From assembly GCA_030265395.1 (NCBI GenBank), contig JARFYF010000053.1, forward strand, positions 12,465,173 to 12,529,172: 64,000 nucleotides of DNA. Reading direction: 5' to 3'. The notes beneath the pieces were generated by a model. That model worked only from the letters and a program-made list of their open reading frames with translations, made no database searches and was not told the origin of the DNA. The translations under genes were made by a program, and so were the position numbers. Shown here piece after piece: positions 22,915 to 35,700 of this stretch. The first letter of the stretch is position 1. Each line of letters starts with the position of its first letter. This DNA is from Rhina ancylostomus. Taxonomy: Eukaryota.

Positions 22915-25900
22915 CTGAAAATACAAGAATACAGCTAGTCACAAAAGCTAATTCACATTACTGTTGCAAACTTATAAATACTGCAAACCAGAATACAATT
23001 CATCTAGAGTTTAGCAGCCTCAAACAGTTTCCATATCAAATAGAAGTGGGAAATGGACTACTTTAAAACAAAGATCTTTGGCATTTGGTATATTAGAATT
23101 TTTAAATAAAAACACTCCAAATCTGGACTTTACTCATTTGGAACAAATGTTAATGGTGGATTCAAGCTTTAAAGAGTGAAATCAAATTTCAGTCTATGAT
23201 GGCCATAGAATGCTTGAAACAGTAACTATGAATTCAAGAGAAACAGGTTTGACAAAACAATTGAGGGACACAAGAGGTATTGTTTAGAGAAAACAATTGA
23301 NNNNNNNNNNNNNNNNNNNNNNNNNNNNNNNNNNNNNNNNNNNNNNNNNNNNNNNNNNNNNNNNNNNNNNNNNNNNNNNNNNNNNNNNNNNNNNNNNNNN
23401 GAGGGATACAAGTAATACTGTATGAAGCTTTTGACCTTGGAAATTGAGCAGATGGATTGCAATGCACTTATGTACATTCCCACACAAATACTGATCTTTA
23501 AAGTTCGTTATCCATTCAATATCTGATGTTGCCTTTTACAAAGAGCAGGATGGTAAATTTAAAACTGATGCTGTTTGCCATGGCTTTAAGGCACTAACTT
23601 GGCAAATGTGCACTTTGCGGCAAATTTAACAGGAAGTCATTCACACAATTGGGACATTTAGTTACTAAAACAGTCCTGCCTAATCAGACATTACTAGCTC
23701 AAACAGCACAAATCAGCAAACAAACTGGAATTAAAACCACTAAACAGCAAAGCATTATGAAGCCAGAATGTTAATTCAGAAGCAACAGAAATCCACTAAT
23801 CAAGAATTTACAATACCAAAATTTACCAAGATACAATTGGCTAGTATATCAATATTCTTGACTAATGTAACTAACAGATTGATGTTTGCATATAAGCAAA
23901 TACATGATCTTCATAGAAACAGTTTTGCACTTTATTTGGCATCGTAAGATGTCTCAAGACCTCTAAGGCTGATCAATTCATCTTGCACAAATTGGGTAAT
24001 TTGCTTTGAAGAGTGCAGGGGTTTAATGATAGAATTTCAGAGGTGCTGTGGTATCCAACAATAGTGAAAATTGGCAATGTGTAAGAAATGGGAGTGCTGG
24101 GATATTGCCATATAAATATGGTAGTGGTGTACTAAATGTATTTAAGCAGTTTTATTTCTCCATTTATTTTTCAAGACTTGTGATTTTCAGCTATTGCTTG
24201 ATGTGTGCTTTTATTAAAATGTGGAATTAGCATCTTTGAAATAACAATGGAGGCAAGAATTCTGACCCAGAACTTGCTGTCAGTGATGATCTGCTTGTCT
24301 TGCTATTGATCTGATCCTTATTCAAAATGGCAAGTCCCTTGTGCTATATTGTCTCTCCCATCTGGTGATACAAATCTTGCCTGTGGTGCAGCTGAGAAAA
24401 AGCTGCTCCCCTCTGGCTATCAAACAAGAATTTAGGACGTAATGTGGAAGTGTCAGATAGTTAAAAGATCAATTAAAACCTTAAATGTAACACATGCCTA
24501 ATCTTTATTCAGTAAAGACAGTAAATTAGCAACACTTCGCAGTCTTTTCTGTTCAAGTGAATGGGTTCTCTATTCCTGTTTAACTACTAAAAAGTGTAGT
24601 GGCCTTTCACTTGCCCTTTGCACCCTGTGACCACCAACATCAGAACAGTTCAGAAAACTCGTGTAAAGTTTCCAGGAAGTTCATAGCCCAGTTCACGTAG
24701 GAATCCAGAATCTCCTGACACTCCTGGGTAGATGTCAGCATTTGGCATAAAATGCTAGCATTTCCAGGAATTGTTGTAAATTACCCTCTCCATTTTAGNN
24801 NNNNNNNNNNNNNNNNNNNNNNNNNNNNNNNNNNNNNNNNNNNNNNNNNNNNNNNNNNNNNNNNNNNNNNNNNNNNNNNNNNNNNNNNNNNNNNNNNNNN
24901 NNNNNNNNNNNNNNNNNNNNNNNNNNNNNNNNNNNNNNNNNNNNNNNNNNNNNNNNNNNNNNNNNNNNNNNNNNNNNNNNNNNNNNNNNNNNNNNNNNNN
25001 NNNNNNNNNNNNNNNNNNNNNNNNNNNNNNNNNNNNNNNNNNNNNNNNNNNNNNNNNNNNNNNNNNNNNNNNNNNNNNNNNNNNNNNNNNNNNNNNNNNN
25101 NNNNNNNNNNNNNNNNNNNNNNNNNNNNNNNNNNNNNNNNNNNNNNNNNNNNNNNNNNNNNNNNNNNNNNNNNNNNNNNNNNNNNNNNNNNNNNNNNNNN
25201 NNNNNNNNNNNNNNNNNNNNNNNNNNNNNNNNNNNNNNNNNNNNNNNNNNNNNNNNNNNNNNNNNNNNNNNNNNNNNNNNNNNNNNNNNNNNNNNNNNNN
25301 NNNNNNNNNNNNNNNNNNNNNNNNNNNNNNNNNNNNNNNNNNNNNNNNNNNNNNNNNNNNNNNNNNNNNNNNNNNNNNNNNNNNNNNNNNNNNNNNNNNN
25401 NNNNNNNNNNNNNNNNNNNNNNNNNNNNNNNNNNNNNNNNNNNNNNNNNNNNNNNNNNNNNNNNNNNNNNNNNNNNNNNNNNNNNNNNNNNNNNNNNNNN
25501 NNNNNNNNNNNNNNNNNNNNNNNNNNNNNNNNNNNNNNNNNNNNNNNNNNNNNNNNNNNNNNNNNNNNNNNNNNNNNNNNNNNNNNNNNNNNNNNNNNNN
25601 NNNNNNNNNNNNNNNNNNNNNNNNNNNNNNNNNNNNNNNNNNNNNNNNNNNNNNNNNNNNNNNNNNNNNNNNNNNNNNNNNNNNNNNNNNNNNNNNNNNN
25701 NNNNNNNNNNNNNNNNNNNNNNNNNNNNNNNNNNNNNNNNNNNNNNNNNNNNNNNNNNNNNNNNNNNNNTTTTAGATACTTTCAATATTACCAAGGACAG
25801 AAGATACTAAAGTAGATGAATGAAAACTCTTTGTAAACTGAAGAGGATTTGCAGCTAAAACTAACATTTCATCCTACATTGCCACCTGCAGCAAGGTGAC

Positions 25901-25942
25901 AGTTAAATGGTACACTCACGTAATGAATGACTAAGATCATAC

Positions 25943-25971
25943 CTGGCTCAGACCTGCTGCATAGCAGAAGT
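25943..25971 (-). other. RAP1A: RAP1A 3'UTR portion of the last coding exon, ending at a splice donor
   Basis: 29 nt after the stop end in ...GGTCTGAGCCAG|GTATGA. This matches the TCTGAGCCAG 3'UTR exon end I recall from human RAP1A/RAP1B. Confidence 0.85.
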
Positions 25972-26058
25972 TTAAAGCAGCATACATTGGGATTTCTTCT
26001 TTTTCAACTTTTCCACTGGCGCTTTCCTATTGATCTGTCTGACCAGGTCATAAAATAT
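25972..26058 (-). CDS. RAP1A: RAP1A coding exon 6 (aa 157-184, IFYDLVRQINRKAPVEKLKKKKSQCMLL*; polybasic region plus CAAX)
   Basis: Translated by hand. Acceptor TTTATACAG, 87 nt including TAA at 25974-25972. The six exons total 184 aa, the canonical Rap1 length. Confidence 0.96.
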   Translation of the reverse strand: MFYDLVRQINRKAPVEKLKKKKSQCMLL

Positions 26059-26099
26059 CTGTATAAACAGAATAAGTTTTACTTATAGACGCACACAAT

Positions 26100-26435
26100 T
26101 AGAGTGGCATAGCTAGTAGAGCCACTGTCTCATAGCCCTGGAGACATGGGTTCAATCCTGACCAGGTGCTGTATGCAGATTTTGCACTTCTTCCTGTAAT
26201 CATGTGGGTTTCCTGTGGGTGCTCAAGTTTCCTAATCCCAAAGTGTGGGTTGGTAGTTTAACTGGCCACTATAAATTACACCTAGTGTGTAGGTGGGTGG
26301 TAAATTTCCAGGAAGGGGGGGGGGGCGGGTGACAAGAATGTGGGGAGAGAAAAGTGGGATTAATGTAAACCAGTGGATGGCACAGACTTGATGGGCCACG
26401 GGGTCAGTTTCCATACTGCATCTCTTTGACTCTAT
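26100..26435 (+). mobile_element. V-SINE antisense to RAP1A, ~40 nt from the last coding exon acceptor
   Basis: Head gtggcatagctagtagagc...gggttcaatcctgacc, V-domain gtgggtttcctgtgggtgctcaagtttcct, CR1-like end gatgggcc...gtttccatactgcatctct. Confidence 0.8.
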
Positions 26436-27597
26436 ACACAATGGTGGGTGGTGTGAAAAGTGATATTTCATTAACATCTGAAGGAGATGCAATGCAGCAG
26501 AATGAACTGTTAGAAGTCACATCTCCTGATTAAATGAATTTTTTGTATTTTTACAACAGCAACTTCATTCTGACCAATCCCTTTAAATCAAATTATTTTA
26601 GAACACTGATAAAAAAAGCATTTTATAAATGCAAATCATTGGTGGGGGGGGCAAGAAAAAGGAAAAACAGAATGAGTGTGGGGGGGGCAAGAATGGATGA
26701 AGGGCAAAGCAATGACAATGGGGGAAACCACATTAGTTTTGGGAGGTGCCTCAGTCACAAGGCTGTTGAGAGGGGTAGGGTGTCTGCTTACTTACACATA
26801 AAAAAAATGGGCTGAAAGATTTTTAGCTGACCCTAAAGTAGGGAATGAAGATCCTGAAATAGGAGTTTACATAACATTTACAACTGAGAAGACTTGCAAT
26901 AAAGTTGTTCCATCATTCAGTCCTACACAAACAAAAAGAATGAGAAACTTAATTTGTAATAAATTAGACAGAAATATTTGTCATTAAAAGTTACATTGCA
27001 AAGATTGTCAAAGCTAAAGAATACATTGGCAAGTCAGAAGCCTTCTTCCTAAATCTGCACCTTGCTTTAGTGAGATTGAATTTAGAGAACAGTGTGTTCA
27101 TACAGATGGGAAAGTGACAGACATTGAAAGCAGTCACTGTTGTATTGTTAGTAGAAAAAACCCTGGAAATCAAAAAAGGGATTGAAAACAGAGGGATATT
27201 CATGATGCCAGGAATGGGAAAGAATATTCAGAACAAACATTTGAAACCACAACTGGATAAATGATCAGCGTTCCAGCAGTGGGCCAAATAGCCTCTGTAC
27301 ACAAAATTAGGATCTTAATTATTAAATGGCCTCTCTTTTATACGGCAAATTATGACCTTTATGATTAAACAAGCATAGAACATAACATCAAGAAAAAACG
27401 AGAGAGGCAAATACTCAAGTCACAACCTTGTCCAAGAATGGGAAATGTATGCCAAACGGCAGAGAAATCTTCCTCAGTAACAACCATTTTTTATATTACA
27501 CATTCGCTCACCAGGGAGAGAACAGCTAGACAGGTAAACCTCCCCTTTCTACATTCCAAATAGATATCTCTTTTCAACCTACTGTACTAGTCGATCA

Positions 27598-27894
<297 letters not shown>

Positions 27895-29539
27895 TTAAAA
27901 ATTCTTGTCTCAAAATTTAATATTCCTACTTTATTTGGTATTATTACATTACCTATTTGGATTGTATGTCAAAGGACAAGACAAATGCTTCCCCTTAGGG
28001 ATTAAAATAATCCGACTCTAATTTTACTTATAGCAATATTAAGTGTCGGAACCAAAATTATGCTGGAGCTCAATGATTAGATTCACCTCAGGTGGGTTAA
28101 GGCTTAATGTCTCAATTTCAGTGGCAACTTCATCCTTTTCCCTTCCAATAGAATGTGAATTTAAAGTGCAGTTACAATAGCAATTGTAAACTTGAGTGCT
28201 TAACTTCCTGTGCAGCCCAACATCAACGTTAGAAATATTGACTGGGTGACTGGTGAAATAATCCTGCATTTCAGCAAACTTCTACGAACTTGCTGCGTTC
28301 CTGCAGTGATTGCCATCAAATTCTTGACTAGCTTCTCCAATGCAGGTTTAGTTCAATCTCCAAGTCAACAGACCAAATTTTTGGACATCAAAGCATTTGG
28401 GTTGGTAATATTGCCTTAATTACACTAGTTTGCAAAAGGCAATACAAGAGACCAAGTTACAGCACCAGCTAGTGTAAACAAATTTCAATAAATTGTCAAG
28501 TACTTTGGTTGGCATCCACTTAGAACAAAGTAGTAATGTTTGGATCTGATTTACAGTTTAGTGCACAAGTCTTTATAATATCAAGTTATCAAAGACAATT
28601 CCACTGGACTAGCATGGACCAGACAATTATAAGATAAACAACATACAATAGGTCTGGAAAGCCCATTTTCTGGGATGAAGTTTCACTGCATCTGGATAAA
28701 CAGTTGGCACAGTGCCTTCATGAGGTCAAACAACAAATTTTACAACCACCAGCCCAATTCCACCCCAAAAACATTTACTGAACCCAGCTCATGTTGGAAG
28801 GCGATGGCCCCGACTCATGAGCTAGTGGTTCCACAATATCCATTCAACATTTTTACTAATCACCATTTCTAAGTGATTGATTTCCTCCCCCCCACCCCCC
28901 CAAGTGGAAGCTCTAAGCCAATTCACTCCACTTAAATGATCAGCTATATATTGAAATGCTTATATCAGAAGGAACTAGAGAGACAGGCAGCTTCTGTCTG
29001 ACATTAATAATTATTTTTTTAAATCCAACATTGATCATTCTTTCCAGTTTTAGTCCAGAAAACAATTTATTGATCCCATTTTCACAATGTCATGGTGAGA
29101 AATAACCCAACTTCAGTTACAACTGCAGGAATCATTCCACGTTTACAATTCTCAAATAGCACGATTTACCACTTAAAAAGCTTCTGTCACCGTAAAAAGA
29201 GGCTATGGCTAGAGATCGCTTAAAGTGAAATTTAAAACCTTATGCAGAAAGGTATGGACACTTTAGCTGAAAGGCATTAATGTAGTAAGACAGCATAGTC
29301 CTTATGCTACCAAATCAGAAATTTAGATTTAATGTAATAATCTGAAATAAAAAGGTGTCAGACCATGAAACAAATGATTTAAGGAAACATCTAGTAATCC
29401 AATGTCCTTGGGGAAAGAAATATGCAGCTCTTAATCCTTCTACTTATGCGAGATTTCAGACCCAGAGAAATGCACCCAACTCAGATGTCTAGTGGCCAAG
29501 CAAGCTATTAAGTTACAAATTATGAAACAACAAAATCAG

Positions 29540-30300
29540 CCAGATCACCTAGCAGTACCCTGGGTACTAGACATTAATGCAACCAAGGCACACCCAGCCA
29601 AGTCCTCTACACAAACAACTGGGGGCTTGTGCCACGATTGGTAACCATCATAGATATTAATCAAGCAACAGCTCAACTCACCAGGGGCCACATACCCAAC
29701 TCCTACATCACTAGGAGGGAGGAAGCTCCGAGCTTCAAGTTGGAATGAAGCAATTCTGGGAGTCCACAACATTGTAACCCAGATACAGTTTGAGCATCAG
29801 ATCAAAGTGGACAAGAAAACTTGTCGGCTTTTTACTAGCACTTGACAAAAGCACAGGAATACATCACAGTCTAGTAGCACAACCACTGACCAACACCTGA
29901 AGGACAAGGCTACTAGACTAGACAGATGAGAAATAATAAAAAGGAAAAAAGCTACTTGGCATCATCCTCACCAAGGTGGGCTGATCCATCTACAGCAGCT
30001 TTAGATGGTAGATGTGATCACTTGGAAACAAATATGAATTAACCAAGTCTAATATATTTCCTTTATAGTCAACAGCATTAATATCTCCAAATTTTGAGGC
30101 ACATCAAAGTAGAAGCGGTTATCACAAAAAACTATGCCAAGGCTTCTTCAATGTCACCTCCAAAATAGAGGATGAGGACAGTGGAGAACTGGGAACACTA
30201 AAGTACCATCCTGACTTAACATTTTTTCACTGCAGAAGTCACATCCTGGAACTCCCTGACCATAACTTCACAACATGATCTCCAGCAACTTGCAGTTCAT
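29540..30300 (+). mobile_element. Heavily decayed LINE related to the 3228-3580 element
   Basis: Shared 3' motifs tgggaacac, ccatcctgactt and atcctggaactccct. Confidence 0.4.
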
Positions 30301-31609
30301 TAAACCAGAGGGTTAGGCAGCAAGTAGCCTTCCATGATTGAATTGAAAATGACTGGAAGTTTAACATCTCCACAGGAGATTTTGGCTCTATCGATGCTGA
30401 TCAGCCCAGCATCAGGGCACCAACCTGCTACCATAGTTAAACAATACATTCCTGGAAGGGCTGATGTCCACTTGTACTTTTTCCACTTTGTAAACTTTGT
30501 TTGATTGCAAACTGCTTGATTATTCAAATCCTTTCAGCTTAATCTCACCTCAATTTAAATTCTCTAATAACTTCAGAATCCAGCTATTGGAGGTGTGTAT
30601 ATGCATAATCAAGAAGTGCAAAGCTTGCTCCTTAGCATTAGACAGGAACCAAAAGGTAAACAACGATTGTACTCCTGAGACTAGCACTATAAATATTACA
30701 TAGATTCAACACATGTATAAACAATTGAAAAACACAGGATGGCAACAAGGCAGCATAGCAAAAACAGGCAGTTTTGTTTTTAGAAGTTTGCATGTAATTG
30801 CAGGAACACTGATGTGCAGTAATACTGAAAAAAATTTACAGTGGACATACATACCAGTTGTAGCAGGGGAGGGGACAATGGGCAAGCCAAAACACTTCTG
30901 GTTTTAGAACACCACACTAACTCAACATTTTAAGACTTCCCTTAAACAGTTTTGCTGCTCTTCAATGCCAAGGAAGATTTAAACAATATTTGTCCAATAT
31001 TATTTTTAGATACCTCACTAAACAGTACTAAAAACAATGGTCCATGATCCACGAGCAAGTCATTTTTCTTAAAAATAAAAGTTTGGATCTGCCACTGAGC
31101 CAAATATTTTGAGTTCACTTCTTGTACACGATGACTAATTTGGGAATATAACTGGGTGGGGTCTGGATAGCCCTTTCAAACTGCCAACAAAATCTGTCAA
31201 ATGAGCTCTTATGTTGCAAAGTCTTGGATTTACAATTAAGCCATTTCATGACCTGATTTCAACATAAATATGGCCTTCTAAACAATTCCATTGTAAATGC
31301 ATCCTTAAGGAAAACTGCCTCTTCTCATTTTAACTTTTTTTTAAAAAAAGGCGACACATCTCTCCTCTCAATAGCAGAGAATCTTATACCTGGGCAGAAA
31401 TGAACTGAATCATCCAACAATCATCTTTTTCAGTGGTGTCACAAATTCCATAATTAATTTTTCCCCCACAGACTATTTTTTTTGATTTTAATCAGAATAT
31501 GAATTAAAATTGCCATGTAGGATCATCCAGAGAACTTGCTCAAATTCTCCAGTTTAAAAAAAATACTAAATTTTCCAAGCACACATTTTATGAACAGTCC
31601 AATAACAGT

Positions 31610-31875
31610 TGTAAGGATAGGTTGAGTGAGCTAGGGCTCGTCCCTTTGGAGTGAAAGGTGATGAGAGGCGACTCGATAGAGGTGTACAAGATAAGGGGCA
31701 TAGATCGAGTGGACAGTCGGAGACTTTTGCCTATTTAAGAGACTCTTAATATAGTTACATGAATGATAGAAAAATTGAGGGCTACCTGGGAGGTAAGGAT
31801 TAGATAGATCTTAGAGCAGTACAAAATGTTGGCACAACATTCTGAGCCTGTACTGGGCTGTAATGTCTATGTTTT
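31610..31875 (+). mobile_element. CR1 LINE 3' fragment
   Basis: gatgagaggcgactcgatagaggtgtacaagat (RGDxIEVYK); ends gcctgtactgggctgtaatgtctatgtt. Confidence 0.75.
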
Positions 31876-32274
31876 AAAATTTTGGTATTAACAAATTGAT
31901 AAAACCATAATATTTCGTGAAGCAACTTAAAAATGTACTTCAAATACATTAAATATCTTGCTGTGCTTTTTGGAATCATTGGCTTAGAATTCAGCAACTC
32001 TTAGTACTTTCCATTTTAATGTAACTGCATGTTTACACCTAAATGAAAGTTGTAAAATCCATGCAAATCTAAATCACTGGTGTGCAATGTTATAAGAGAA
32101 ATTAGGCAAGATTTAATATCTGTCTTGCTCCACTAAAGCAGTGACTTAAAAGTTACCTTTCACATTTGTGCTTGAAGACATTAACATTCTACCTCAGGTA
32201 CACCACAATGTTTACTTAGTCCCATTCAATGATTGCATTTGATTTAAAAGTGAAGAATTGCCCATGAATATCCA

Positions 32275-32775
32275 CTAATACATCACAGTCACATCCCTCC
32301 CCATAACTGGCAGTACGAGGCACTGCCTCAAGGTGGTAACATCCATCAAAAGATCCCCACCATCCAGGCCATGCCATCTTCTCACAGCTAATATTGGGCA
32401 GGAGGTACAGAAGCTTGAAGTCGCACACCACTGGGTTCAAGAACATTCAGTTCTTGAACCAACTGGCACAATCCTAATCACTACAGTTTAGCAACANNNN
32501 NNNNNNNNNNNNNNNNNNNNNNNNNNNNNNNNNNNNNNNNNNNNNNNNNNNNNNNNNNNNNNNNNNNNNNNNNNNNNNNNNNNNNNNNNNNNNNNNACAC
32601 TTTGATCACTTTGCACTAAAATGGACTTTGTTTTCAATGTGTTCTTGTAAATATTGTTTAATGCACGTTTTTCCTGTGTATGCTGCTTATGATGCTATGT
32701 GTCTGTGATGCTGTTGTAAGTTTTACATTGCACCCTTGCATACATGTGCATATGACAATAAACTCAACTTTGACT
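32275..32775 (+). mobile_element. 5'-truncated Rex1/Babar LINE (second subfamily)
   Basis: atgccatcttctcacagcta...gggcaggaggtacagaagc, essentially identical to 15773-15820; ends tgacaataaactcaactttgac. Confidence 0.85.
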
Positions 32776-35700
32776 TTAAAACTGTACTAGTCTCTGATTT
32801 AGTGTGTAAATTACTAAGCTTTACTTTGCACCCTAATTATGGTCATAAGATATATGCATATTTAAAAAGAACAGTGTTCATTAAAAATGGTGAAAGAGCT
32901 AGCTGCACATTTATTAAATTACATGCAAGTTCTTTAATTTTTCTATTATAAATTACATTGATAATGAAAATTGCCTTTGTAGAATGAGGTTAAAACAAGG
33001 CATCGTCTGTCCTCGGGTGACACAGTTTCATAAAAGCAAGCAAGGTAGTTCTGTTTTGGTTGATCTTTGTCCCTCGTACACTAGTAAGTGCATTAGCTCA
33101 CTGTCTACCATTTACCTGACATCACATTACTTTGAAAGTATATTCAGGGAATGAAAGTTTCAAAACAGTTTAAAAGCAAGGCTTTTCATTCAATCTTTTT
33201 TCATGCATTTAAAACGATGCATGTGCTTACTTTGGTTTACCTGCTACAAGATTGTGAATTATTAAAATTAAATGATCTGTTTTTAATGTACAAACTTTGT
33301 TTCATGGCTCTAGTCATTACAACTTTGGATTACATGAACCCCAGTTTCAATTTTAAAATTTAACTATAGATAATTAAAATTAATGCTGAGATCAGTCACA
33401 TCCCCAATGACATCCATTAACAAAGACAGAATAGTCTGCAAGGAGACCTCGTTTAATCTCTCAACATACACCAGTACTCTTGAAGTAGAGCACATGTAAT
33501 AGAATCTAATACAGTGACACAAGGAATCCAATACATAAGGAAAAAAAGTCTGGCACACAGCAAGGTATCATCTCAATGACTTACAGAATCAGCTTACACG
33601 TGCAATTTCAATACCATGGTGAGCATTGCAGAACAGCAGTCACATTTCAAAGTTAAAAGTTTAAATTGTACACTGATGGAATTCAAAACAAAGAAATCAC
33701 GCCCTCCAACTCAAAATCATTGGTGATGCCACTTTTTAATCGTTCAATGGGCATAACTGGAACAGCATCCATCCTAATCATTTCCTTCCCTGGGTATTAC
33801 ATAAAAGTACTGATGAAGGCAGGTAGCAAGTGCTCATCCTCTGTTAGGTGTGCCATTAAGTCAGGTCATATGGTCTGGGATTCCGCCATGATCAATTCCT
33901 TTCATACATTTCAGTATTTTGATCAGCCTTTTCTTTCAACAATTGCTACGAATTAAATACTAGAAAGAGGTATAATTTGACTACAGAGACTACATATTCA
34001 GATAAAAACAGTCCTTTAGGACAAAAGCATACAGAACCATGGAAGTGATTGAGTACTCAGTCTCAAGTGATGTTATATCTCAGACCAAAGTGAAAGCTGG
34101 GACAACCTCAGACATTTCATGCATCACCTAGCAACGAAGGAGTACTATTAGCAGAAAAGTGAGCTAATCAGCTGCTAAACTCTTTGGAACACATGATGCT
34201 CAAGAGGATGCACAATTCTACATCTGTGGTGAAAAGGACCAGCATTCCCAACATTATATCAAAGTAACAGCTCAGTTTGAAAGTTAAAGTTTTCTGTAGC
34301 AGGCTCACTGAAAGCTTATCCTACAAAAGATTACCAATTGCAAGATGCTCATCCAAAATTAAACTGGCCCAAGGACTGGGCAAACTTTGTTAACCACTGG
34401 ATATCAATAAATTTCTGGCTGCAAACTACTTACCTACAGTGGTCAGTTGCCATGTCGGTACTGAAGTACATATTCCCATGGACTGAANNNNNNNNNNNNN
34501 NNNNNNNNNNNNNNNNNNNNNNNNNNNNNNNNNNNNNNNNNNNNNNNNNNNNNNNNNNNNNNNNNNNNNNNNNNNNNNNNNNNNNNNNNNNNNNNNNNNN
34601 NNNNNNNNNNNNNNNNNNNNNNNNNNNNNNNNNNNNNNNNNNNNNNNNNNNNNNNNNNNNNNNNNNNNNNNNNNNNNNNNNNNNNNNNNNNNNNNNNNNN
34701 NNNNNNNNNNNNNNNNNNNNNNNNNNNNNNNNNNNNNNNNNNNNNNNNNNNNNNNNNNNNNNNNNNNNNNNNNNNNNNNNNNNNNNNNNNNNNNNNNNNN
34801 NNNNNNNNNNNNNNNNNNNNNNNNNNNNNNNNNNNNNNNNNNNNNNNNNNNNNNNNNNNNNNTTAAACCACAAAACTGTGAAAAAAGCCCAAATGTTTCT
34901 TTTTGACAAATTCTTCACTCCTGTGCAAATAGTGAGGGAAAACAAAACACTTAACTGATTCAAGCCAACAATATAAACTGCCTTCTAATGAATTGGCTGA
35001 AGGTTTTGTACTACCCAATCTGGATTCTTTTTTTTACACAAATAACATGTTAGGACCTTGAATTGGTAAAGAAATTTGTTCCAATAAAGCAGCCTTATGC
35101 TGGACAGACATGCTTGCAGTGACACTTGCTCCCAAATATCATTCATACAATGGTACCTTGCTTAGTGCTCAGAATGCAGTTCCAGGAACAAGAGAGTGCT
35201 AATGGACTTAAGTGTTTAAAAAGTCATTAAAGCACTACATATGGATGAATGGCATTATTGACAGCACTGTGGTGCTGAAAACCTGGCACACACCCAGCCT
35301 TCCACACTGCTCTACTAAGGCAAGATCCCAACTTAGAGGAACAGTTCCAAGGAAGGCTCCCTGACCCAAAACATTAACTGTTTTCTTGTTCCACAAATAC
35401 TGCTTGACTGGCTGAGATCTCCCAGCATTTTCCTATTTGTTTCTAATCCAGAATCTGCCATTTAAATTTTTTCTCCCCTTAAGATTCTACATTCTCTTTG
35501 ATCACATTGTTAGATGTGATTGAAACTGCTGTCTCTCCNNNNNNNNTGGCTGCAGAATAGAAAATAGCATTACCATTATTGCAAAAGTCTGTTCTGTATT
35601 CCAATATAGAACAGTTGCTTAAAAGGCCATGGACTCAACTATAGAATCTTATTGCATGCCCACATTTGGTGCTACAGTGTGGTATCTTACTGTATATGGA

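Noticed and set aside
24752-25810. Longest ORFs in the track (352 and 337 aa) and other X-rich ORFs
   Set aside because: They are open only because they run through N gaps.
26100-26170. tRNA gene
   Set aside because: The A/B-box-like sequence is a SINE head running into a V-domain, with no cloverleaf. The same applies at 1835-1900 and 57320-57410.
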